From an uncultured Candidatus Rokubacteria bacterium (lineage in GTDB: Bacteria; Methylomirabilota; Methylomirabilia; Rokubacteriales; CSP1-6), in the NCBI GenBank assembly GCA_963747235.1, contig CAVVEU010000021.1, forward strand, positions 1 through 13,941: DNA of 13,941 bases, written 5' to 3'. Every line of letters starts with the position of its first letter. Position 1 is the first letter of the stretch. Under the pieces are notes generated by a model, which saw nothing but the letters and a program-made list of their open reading frames with translations, was not told the DNA's origin and made no database searches. Of the stretch, positions 7,400 through 13,941 are shown piece by piece. Position numbers and translations under genes: made by a program.

Positions 7400-8353
7400 G
7401 TGAAGAACGTGCTTCCGCTGCTATCGCTCGCTCTGGGCGCGCTGCTCGCGCTGGCCGCCTCGGCGCAGGCTCAGACCGCCGAGACCGCGGCGGTCATCAC
7501 CGAGATCAAGCCCGCGAAGGGCCGCGTGGAGGTGAAGCCGGCGGCGGGCGGCGACTGGCGCCCGGCGCGGCCGCTGCTCGCGCTGCGCGCGGGCGACATC
7601 GTGCGGACCACCGAGGACGCGAGCGCGGTGGTGCTGCTCTCGGGCGGGCGCGGGACCATGCGGGTCGCGGGCGCCGCCGGGACGCTCACCGTGCCCGCGG
7701 TGTCCGCGGCCGGACAGGGCCAGAAGGCCAAGACCCTGGTCGAAGCGAGCCTGGGCTTCCTGGCGGGCACCACGAAGGAATCGACGCAGGCCGTGCTCGC
7801 CACCCGCAGCGCGGCGCGACCACCCGTGATCCTGAGCCCGCGCAACGGCGCCGTCCTGCCGGAGGCGCTGGCCTTCGAATGGCTCGGCAGCCGCTTCACG
7901 CGCTACACGGTGCGGCTGGTCGGCCCGAGCGGCCCGGTGGTCGAGCGGCGCGAGGTCACCGGCCCGCGCTGGGAGTATCCCGCCGACGCCCCCGCGCTGG
8001 CCCCGAACACCCGCTACACGCTGCAGGTCACCGCCGGGGCCCAGCCCACGCAGGAGGCGTGGTTCGAGCTGGTGGACGCCGCGCGGGCGCGCGCGGTGGC
8101 GGGCGATCTCACCGCGCTCGAGCAGGAGCTCGGGGCGGGGGTGCCGCCGACCTCGAAGGCGGTGATGCGGGCGGGGCTCCTGGCCCGCGAGGGGCTCCTG
8201 CACGACGCGCGGCGAGTGGTGGTCGCCGCGCTCGACGCGGATCGCGACGAGCCGACGCTCCACCTGCTGCTGGGCGATCTCTACACCCGCACCGGCCTCG
8301 CCAACCTCGCCGCCGAATCCTTCGACGAAGCCCAGTTCCTCCTCAAGAAATAG
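7400..8353 (+). CDS. Secreted protein: FecR-like N-terminal beta region, Ig/FN3-like middle, DUF928/TPR-like C-terminus
   Basis: Signal peptide ending AQA; GRVEVKP...WRPARPLLALRAGDIVRTTEDASAVVLL (FecR-like); ILSPRNG...FEW...YTVRL...YPADAPAL; C-terminal GLLAREGLLHDA...LLGDLYTRTGL. SD GGAGG at 7389-7393; starts 1 bp after the cyclase stop. Domain calls are by eye. Confidence 0.7.
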   Translation: MKNVLPLLSLALGALLALAASAQAQTAETAAVITEIKPAKGRVEVKPAAGGDWRPARPLLALRAGDIVRTTEDASAVVLLSGGRGTMRVAGAAGTLTVPAVSAAGQGQKAKTLVEASLGFLAGTTKESTQAVLATRSAARPPVILSPRNGAVLPEALAFEWLGSRFTRYTVRLVGPSGPVVERREVTGPRWEYPADAPALAPNTRYTLQVTAGAQPTQEAWFELVDAARARAVAGDLTALEQELGAGVPPTSKAVMRAGLLAREGLLHDARRVVVAALDADRDEPTLHLLLGDLYTRTGLANLAAESFDEAQFLLKK

Positions 8354-8355
8354 AT

Positions 8356-8439
8356 CCCCTCACCCTGCCCTCTCCCCAGAGGGGAGTGGGGGAACGAAAC
8401 ACCCTCTCCCCCGCGAGGGGGAGAGGGCAGGGTGAGGGG
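8356..8439. repeat. Branched palindromic extragenic repeat, copy 2 (inverted relative to copy 1)
   Basis: Same 22-bp arms (8356-8377 and 8418-8439), with internal hairpin CCCTCTCCCCC-GCGA-GGGGGAGAGGG. Lies between convergent stops at 8353 and 8460. Confidence 0.9.
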
Positions 8440-8459
8440 GCGAGGGGGTCGCGGGGACG

Positions 8460-9065
8460 CTACCGCGCTTCCGCGACCTGGCCCTTCTCGCGCAGGCGGC
8501 GCAGCAGGTTCGCGAAGGACTCGGCCTTGATGATGCGGTCGAACTGGCTCCGGTAGGTGCCCACCAGGCTGACGTTCTCGATCAGCACGTCGTAGGCGGT
8601 CCACTCGTCGTTCACGCGATGCAGCCGGTACTCGACCGGAATCTGCGAGCCCTTGGCGGTGACCACCTGCGACCGCACGGAGGCTTCCTCGCCGTCCACG
8701 CGCTCGCCCACGTAAGCGATGGACTCGCCCGCGTAGCGGTCGATCTTGCCGATGTACGTCCGCGCGATCAGGTCGGTGAAGAGGCGCGTGAACTCTTCGC
8801 GCTCGGCCGGCGTGCGGTCCGTCCAGTGGCGGCCCAGCGCCCGGCGCGACATGTCGGGGAAATCGAACAGCGTGTCGGCCGCCCGGCGGATGTCCGCGCG
8901 CCGCCGCTCGGAGGCCTCGGCGGTCGGGTTGGCGGTCTGGGAGAGGCTCTGCAGCGCTTCGTCCACTCGCGACTTCACGGTCTCGGTCGGCGTCAGGGCA
9001 GCCGCGACGGTCGCGGTCAGGCCCAGGAGCAGCGCGGCCGTCATGGTCATCAGGGTGCGTCGCAT
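8460..9065 (-). CDS. mlaC: MlaC/Ttg2D family periplasmic phospholipid-binding protein
   Basis: Signal peptide, FDFPDMSRRALGRHW, EREEFTRLF, VEYRLH, WTAYDVLIENVSLVGTYRSQF. SD GGAGG just upstream of ATG 9065. Confidence 0.88.
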   Translation of the reverse strand: MRRTLMTMTAALLLGLTATVAAALTPTETVKSRVDEALQSLSQTANPTAEASERRRADIRRAADTLFDFPDMSRRALGRHWTDRTPAEREEFTRLFTDLIARTYIGKIDRYAGESIAYVGERVDGEEASVRSQVVTAKGSQIPVEYRLHRVNDEWTAYDVLIENVSLVGTYRSQFDRIIKAESFANLLRRLREKGQVAEAR

Positions 9066-9192
9066 GTTGCCTCCAGGTTCGAGAGAGTCACCGCCACTGC
9101 CTGATAGGACGGGCGGTGGACGCGGGTATTCCCACCTTAGCCCGCTTTCATTTCTCGCATCCACCGGAGGGCGCCGGGGGACAATAGCGACC

Positions 9193-10041
9193 ATGAATCG
9201 GGCTCTTGCGGCGCCGCCGCGCGGCGGCCGGCCGCTCGTCGTGGTGGATCTCGGCGGCACCTGGGTGCGCGTGTCCCTCTCGGGCGCCGCGCCGCGCGCC
9301 TATCGGGGGCCGACGCCGGGCGTGGCGGGCCTGTCCGCGCTGCTCGCGCGCCTCTGGCGGCGCTGGCGCCTGTCGCGCGGTGACCTGGCCGCGCTCGGCG
9401 TGGCCTCGCGTGGGATCTGGACGCGCGGCGAGCGCCAGGCCCTGGCACGGCGCCTGCGCCGCTTCGCCCCGCGCGTGGTCGTGATCTCGGACGTGGAGGC
9501 CGCCTACCTCGCCGCGCTCGGCGCGGTCCCCGGCGTGCTGCTGCTCGCGGGCACCGGATCGATCGCGCTCGGGCGCGACCGGCACGGGCGCTTCGCGCGC
9601 GCCGGCGGCCTCGGCCCGCTGCTGGGCGACGACGGCTCCGCGTTCTCGATCGGCCGCGCCTGGCTGCGCGACGGGGTCGCGCCGGCGCGCGCGCGGCGCA
9701 TCGCGACGTCGCCCGACGCGGTCGCGCGCGTGGCCGCGCTCGCGCCCGGTGTCCTGCGCCGCGCCCGCCAGGGAGACCGGACCGCCCGGCGCGTCGTGCG
9801 GGACGCGCAGGCGGCGCTCGCGGCCCTCGCGGCGCACACCGCGCGCGCGCTGGGGCTGCGCCCGCCGATCACGCTGAGCTGGGCCGGCGGCCTGCTGGGC
9901 GACGCGGCGTTTCGCGCCGGCGTGTGGCGCCACGCGCGTGGCCGGGGCCTCCGCGTCCGCCCGATCCGCCCGAAGGCGCCGGCCGCGAGCCCGGCCGCCT
10001 GGCGCGCGATCTTTCCCGCGGCTAGCGGGTCGCGCGACTAG
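9193..10041 (+). CDS. BadF/BadG/BcrA/BcrD-type ASKHA kinase (GlcNAc/MurNAc kinase-like)
   Basis: VVVDLGGT, VISDVEAA, LLLAGTGS, RAGGLGPLLGDDGS, WAGGLL. Start ATG 9193 is preceded by GACAAT at 7 nt. Confidence 0.85.
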   Translation: MNRALAAPPRGGRPLVVVDLGGTWVRVSLSGAAPRAYRGPTPGVAGLSALLARLWRRWRLSRGDLAALGVASRGIWTRGERQALARRLRRFAPRVVVISDVEAAYLAALGAVPGVLLLAGTGSIALGRDRHGRFARAGGLGPLLGDDGSAFSIGRAWLRDGVAPARARRIATSPDAVARVAALAPGVLRRARQGDRTARRVVRDAQAALAALAAHTARALGLRPPITLSWAGGLLGDAAFRAGVWRHARGRGLRVRPIRPKAPAASPAAWRAIFPAASGSRD

Positions 10042-11326
10042 GCGGCGCCCGCCAGAGCCGGTAGGCGAGCGGGCCGGTCAGGGCCGCGGCGACGCCGACC
10101 GCGGTGTTCGTCCATCCGGCGGTCGCCATCGCGAGCAGGCAGCAGAGCGAGGGCAGCAACACCACCAGCCACATCCCGACCTTCCCTCCGCCCACGCGCC
10201 ACGGCCGCGGCAGCCCCGGCTCGCGGAGACGGAGGGCCACGAAGGCGGCCAGCTCCAGGACGAGCGTGATCGAGTACAGCCAGATGTTGAGCACGATCAG
10301 CTCCTTGAAGCTCCAGACCGCGCAGAGGCTGTAGGCGACGCTCGACAGCATCACCGCGCCCCACGGCGTGCCGAACCGCGGGTGGAGCCGACCGAGCACG
10401 GCCGGCATCTGGCCGGCCACCGCCAGCGCGTAGGGCAGCCGCGAGTTGGTCAGGAGCAGCGACAGGAAGAGTCCCGCGGTGGCGATCACCGCGCCGCCCG
10501 CCACCAGGTTGGCGAGCCACGGCCCGCCGAGCGCCTCGGCCACCACCGGCCAGTGGCCCGTCTCCCAGTCCTCCCAGCCCTCGACCGCCGAGAGGCTCGC
10601 CGCCACCGGCAGCACGTAGGCGAGCGTGATCAGGGGCAGCGCGACCCACACCGCGCGGCGGAAGCTCGGGCCGGGGTTCCGCGTCTCGCCGAGCGTGGTG
10701 GTGGGCGCGTCCCATCCCGAGTAGTTCCACATCATGATCGCGAGCCCCAGGCCGAGCCCGGTGAGGAGGCTCCCTTCGTCCGCGGCGAACGGGCGCCACG
10801 GCACCTCGCGGAGCTGCGTGCCCGCGACCGCGGTGAGCGCGACCACCGGCAGGAGCGACACGCCGGCCATCGCCACCGCGACCCAGCCGGTGATGCGCAC
10901 CCCGGCCAGGTTGATGGCGGTGAGGATCCAGATGAAGGCCAGCACCAGCGCCCAGCGCTCGAGCGTGGACATGTCCGGGCGCCAGAAGCCGACGTAGTCC
11001 ACGAAGAGCGCGGGATAGACCGCCACGTCCACGAAGCTGTTGATCCAGCTCCACCAGCCGACCTGGAAGCCCCAGAAGCGGCCGAAGGCGCGCTGCACCC
11101 ACACCACGTAGCCGCCTTCTTCCGGGAGTGCGGCGGCGAGCTCCGCCATCGCGAGCGAGACGGGCAGGCTCCAGACCACCGGGGTGACGAGCAGGAGAAC
11201 CAGCGTGAGGCCCGGGCCGAGGGTGCCGACGGCGTCCTCGAGCCCGTAGGGACCGCCGCTGACGTTGAAGAAGAGGATGGCGACGAGGGAGAGGAGCCCG
11301 ATCTCCCCTCGTCGGCGGGAGCTCAC
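10022..11326 (-). CDS. APC family amino acid/polyamine permease
   Basis: FFNVSGGPYGLEDAV, AELAAALPEEGGYVVWV, MWNYSGWD, SRLPYALA, HPRFGTP, LRLREPGLPRPWRV. The GTG at 11326 overlaps the upstream stop (GTGA). The GGPYGLE motif resembles PUT/LAT-type polyamine transporters. Confidence 0.9.
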   Translation of the reverse strand: MSSRRRGEIGLLSLVAILFFNVSGGPYGLEDAVGTLGPGLTLVLLLVTPVVWSLPVSLAMAELAAALPEEGGYVVWVQRAFGRFWGFQVGWWSWINSFVDVAVYPALFVDYVGFWRPDMSTLERWALVLAFIWILTAINLAGVRITGWVAVAMAGVSLLPVVALTAVAGTQLREVPWRPFAADEGSLLTGLGLGLAIMMWNYSGWDAPTTTLGETRNPGPSFRRAVWVALPLITLAYVLPVAASLSAVEGWEDWETGHWPVVAEALGGPWLANLVAGGAVIATAGLFLSLLLTNSRLPYALAVAGQMPAVLGRLHPRFGTPWGAVMLSSVAYSLCAVWSFKELIVLNIWLYSITLVLELAAFVALRLREPGLPRPWRVGGGKVGMWLVVLLPSLCCLLAMATAGWTNTAVGVAAALTGPLAYRLWRAPPSRATR

Positions 11327-11541
11327 GCCATGGCGGCCCGGATCAGCGCGGGCAATCCCTCGAGCCACTCGTCGAACGGCGTCTCCGCATCCACCGTGAT
11401 CTCGAACTTGCCGCTCGGCAGCTTGCGCACGCGGCCCTTGCCGGTGCCGAGCGGGATCACGAGCGCTTCGCGGTGTACCCCGAGGGCGTCGGTGACCGCG
11501 AAGATCTTGTTGATCTCGGCCATGCCCACCGCCTCGAGCAT
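11323..11541 (-). CDS. Small hypothetical protein (72 aa)
   Basis: MLEAVGMAEINKIFAVTDALGVHREALVIPLG...KFEITVDAETPFDEWLEGL has globular composition and GC-rich third positions. It is coupled to both neighbours (TGATG and GTGA overlaps). Confidence 0.8.
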   Translation of the reverse strand: MLEAVGMAEINKIFAVTDALGVHREALVIPLGTGKGRVRKLPSGKFEITVDAETPFDEWLEGLPALIRAAMA

Positions 11542-11903
11542 CAGGGGCCGCCGCGCGGCTCGATCGCGGGGCGCTCGCCGCCGGGCGCCACCACCGGGTT
11601 GCGCCCATCGGGCGTGGTGGTGACGAGCGGCGGAACCTCGACGCGCTGGCCGTTGACGTCGCGCTCGTAGTGGCCGGGGACGAGCACCTCGCGCCCCTGG
11701 GCGGGCGAGTACACGCGGGCCGGCGGCACGTACCGCTCGACGGGCCGATCGGGCGCGGGCAGCGTGCCGAAGGGCTGGGTGGCGAGGCCGCGCGCCCGAT
11801 CGATGGCGTCGGGCGGGCGGCCGCCGGGCAGGCCCTGCGCGGCGGCGGGCCCCGCCGCCAGCAGCAGGCTCACGATCACGATCGCGCGCGTCGCTCGCAT
11901 CAC
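11541..11903 (-). CDS. Secreted proline-rich hypothetical protein (~120 aa)
   Basis: GTG 11903/ATG 11900; signal peptide MRATRAIVIVSLLLAAGPAAA; Pro-rich mature part containing VLVPGHYER. Its stop overlaps the next start. Confidence 0.75.
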   Translation of the reverse strand: MMRATRAIVIVSLLLAAGPAAAQGLPGGRPPDAIDRARGLATQPFGTLPAPDRPVERYVPPARVYSPAQGREVLVPGHYERDVNGQRVEVPPLVTTTPDGRNPVVAPGGERPAIEPRGGP

Positions 11904-11910
11904 GTCGCCC

Positions 11911-11939
11911 AGCGTAGCGCCCGCAATGCGGATGCGCAA
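11911..11939 (-). promoter_or_regulatory. Sigma70-type promoter TTGCGC-N17-TACGCT, leaderless
   Basis: -35 at 11939-11934, 17-nt spacer, -10 at 11916-11911, 7 nt to GTG 11903, no SD. Confidence 0.6.
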
Positions 11940-11952
11940 GGCGAGGCGACCG

Positions 11953-11961
11953 TGCTAGGCT
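11953..11961 (+). promoter_or_regulatory. Extended -10 promoter TGcTAGGCT, leaderless
   Basis: TG-n-TAGGCT followed after 6 nt by GTG 11968. Confidence 0.55.
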
Positions 11962-11967
11962 CCAGCC

Positions 11968-12811
11968 GTGCGGTTGGCAATCACGATGCGCCTCGCTTCC
12001 CCTGCTCGCGGTGGCGCTCGTCGCCCTCGGGGCGGAGGCCACGCGCGCCCAGAGCCCGGACCTGCCGATCTTCGACACGCACATCCACTACAGCGCGCCC
12101 GACTGGATCGAGTATCCGCCCGAGCGCATCCTGGGCATTCTCGACAAGGCGGGGATCAAGCGCGCGCTCGTGTCCAGCACGCCGGACGACGGCACGCTCA
12201 CGCTCCACGCGCGGGATCCCAAGCGCATCGTGCCGATCCTGCGGCCGTACCGCACCCGCGGCGACATGGGCCACTGGTGGCAGGACGCGGCGGTGCTCGC
12301 CTACGTGCAGGAGCGTCTGCAGAAGCACCGCGGCGTGCACAAGGGCATCGGCGAGTTCCACCTCTTCGGCGGGCAGACCGGCACCTTCGTGGTCAAGCGC
12401 ATCACCGAGCTGGCGGTGCAGGAGAACATCTATCTCCACGCCCACTCGGACGAGCTCGCGATCATCGAGCTGTTCACGATCGAGCCGCGCCTCCGGGTCA
12501 TCTGGGCGCACGCGGGCATGTCCGCGGGCCCGCAGGCGGTGGGCGCCCTGCTCGACCGCTACCCGAACCTCTGGGTGGATCTGGCCATCCGCAACAGCGA
12601 CGTGGCCCCGGGCGGCACGCTCGACCCGGGCTGGCGCGCGGTGTTCCTCCGCCATCCCGATCGCTTCCTCGCCGGGACCGATACCTGGATGACGTCGCGC
12701 TGGGAAGCGCTGCCGGGCTCGGTGACGGAGGTCCGGAGCTACCTGAGCCAGCTCCCGCGCGACGTGGCCGAGAAGATCGCTTTCAAGAACGCGGAGCGGC
12801 TCTTTCCGTAG
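11968..12811 (+). CDS. Exported metal-dependent amidohydrolase (Amidohydro_2 TIM barrel); probable +1 frameshift in the C run at 11999-12002
   Basis: DTHIHY, GIGEFH, LHAH, WAHAG and FLAGTD motifs. Removing one C gives the complete signal peptide (MRLAIT)MRLASLLAVALVALGAEATRA-Q. Without that correction the ORF starts mid-signal at 12011. Confidence 0.85.
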
Positions 12812-12817
12812 CGCGTC

Positions 12818-13843
12818 CTAGACGCCGAGCTCTCCGGCGGTCGTCTCGATCTGGCTCCAGGTCTGATCCTCGATGGGAATCCCTTCGCGGCGACGCTGCG
12901 CCTCGAGCCGCGCCTCCGGCTCGCCGGGGATCAGGATCTCGGTGGCGCCCAGCGCGAGCGGCGCCGACTTCACCCATCCGAAGAGCGAGGCCACCTGGCG
13001 GTGGAACTCGGGCAGCGGCAGGAAGCGCTCCACGTCGAGACAGATCATGAGCGTGCCGTTGGCGAAGACGCCCGGCGGGGGCCCCGCGGGGCCGGTGCCG
13101 GAGAGGATGCCGCCCAGGATCTCCACCGCGAGCGAGAGCCCGTAGCCCTTGTGCTCGCCGGAGGTGAGCAGCGCGCCGGGCGGCGTGCCGTAGAAGATCT
13201 CGGGATCCGTCTGCGGCCGGCCCTCTGCGTCCACGAACCAGCCCGGCGGGGCGGGCTGCTTGCGGTTGCGCTTCACGCGCAGCTTCCCCTCGGCCACCAC
13301 GCTGGTGGCGAAGTCGAGCACCATCGCGGGCCCGCCCGCGCCCGGGATGCCGACCGCGTGCGGGTTCGTGCCGAGGCGTCGCGCGGCGCCGCCCCACGGC
13401 GCGACGTTGAGCCCGTGCACGCAATTGGCCCAGAGCATGCCGACGAGGCCGGCGTTGGCCGCCATCTCCGCGTAGTCCGCGAGCCGCCCCACGTGGCTGG
13501 TGCGCGAGGTGGACGCGGCGCTCAGGCCGCCCGCCTTCGCCTTGGCGATCGCCATCTCCATCGCGCGGCGGCCCACCACCTGGCCGAAGCCGCCGCCGCC
13601 GTCGAGCCGCGCCAGCGCGGGCGTCTCCGCGATGACCGTCACGGGTGACCGGGGATCCACCTCCTTCTTCTTCACCGACTCCCAGTACTGCGGGATGCGG
13701 ATGACGCCGTGCGAGTCGTGGCCGCGCAGGTTCGCGCGCACGAGCAGCGCGGCGATCCACGCCGCGTCGCCGGCCGGCGCGCCCATCGCGGTGAAGATGC
13801 GGGTGGCCTTCGCTTCGAGCTGGGCGGGGTCGATGGTCGGCAT
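12818..13843 (-). CDS. Ldh_2 family NAD(P)-dependent oxidoreductase (malate/lactate/ureidoglycolate dehydrogenase-like, YbiC/HcxB-like)
   Basis: ANLRGHDSHG, SHVGRLADY, LGTNP, VLDFATS, HKGYGL, IPGEPE. Confidence 0.93.
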   Translation of the reverse strand: MPTIDPAQLEAKATRIFTAMGAPAGDAAWIAALLVRANLRGHDSHGVIRIPQYWESVKKKEVDPRSPVTVIAETPALARLDGGGGFGQVVGRRAMEMAIAKAKAGGLSAASTSRTSHVGRLADYAEMAANAGLVGMLWANCVHGLNVAPWGGAARRLGTNPHAVGIPGAGGPAMVLDFATSVVAEGKLRVKRNRKQPAPPGWFVDAEGRPQTDPEIFYGTPPGALLTSGEHKGYGLSLAVEILGGILSGTGPAGPPPGVFANGTLMICLDVERFLPLPEFHRQVASLFGWVKSAPLALGATEILIPGEPEARLEAQRRREGIPIEDQTWSQIETTAGELGV

Positions 13844-13849
13844 GTCGGC

Positions 13850-13856
13850 TACAATA
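13850..13856. promoter_or_regulatory. Overlapping bidirectional -10 element (TACAAT on +, TATTGT on -)
   Basis: TACAATA is the only AT-rich word in the 21-bp gap between divergent ATGs at 13843 and 13865. Confidence 0.6.
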
Positions 13857-13864
13857 CCCCAGCG

Positions 13865-13941
13865 ATGGAACCCACGAAAGCCGAGCGCGAGTTCTTCGAT
13901 CCGGCGCCCCTGCCGTGGCGGCCCGCGCCCGGATTCCCCGG
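13865..13941 (+). CDS. N-terminus of a probable ChrR-like cupin protein (partial)
   Basis: Open frame MEPTKAEREFFDPAPLPWRPAPGFP to the window edge. The EFFDP..LPW.P..G.P pattern resembles cupin N-termini, but only 25 codons are visible. Confidence 0.45.
   Translation, partial: MEPTKAEREFFDPAPLPWRPAPGFP

Overview
A very GC-rich bacterial chromosomal window, almost fully coding; the composition and repeat type suggest Candidatus Rokubacteria/Methylomirabilota, but that is only an inference. Gene order: PaaI thioesterase (partial, -), CDF metal transporter (-), pirin (+), AurF/ferritin-like diiron enzyme (-), SSS symporter (-), a + strand signalling cassette (signal peptide plus CHAT C-terminal remnant, CHASE2-class III cyclase, secreted FecR-like/DUF928-like protein), orphan MlaC-family protein (-), BadF-type sugar kinase (+), a - strand operon (secreted Pro-rich protein, 72-aa protein, APC permease), exported amidohydrolase (+), Ldh_2 oxidoreductase (-) and the start of a probable cupin (+). 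Two copies of an ~85-bp branched palindromic repeat lie between convergent genes. Five single-base +1 frameshifts split otherwise intact genes and are most likely sequencing errors. Most interesting: (1) the CHASE2 cyclase has non-adenine specificity residues and may be a guanylate cyclase in a three-gene extracytoplasmic signalling module; (2) many genes look leaderless, including a divergent pair sharing one bidirectional -10 element in a 21-bp gap; (3) twin TetR-like operators bracket an extended -10 promoter of the diiron gene. No rRNA, tRNA, CRISPR array or transposase was seen.
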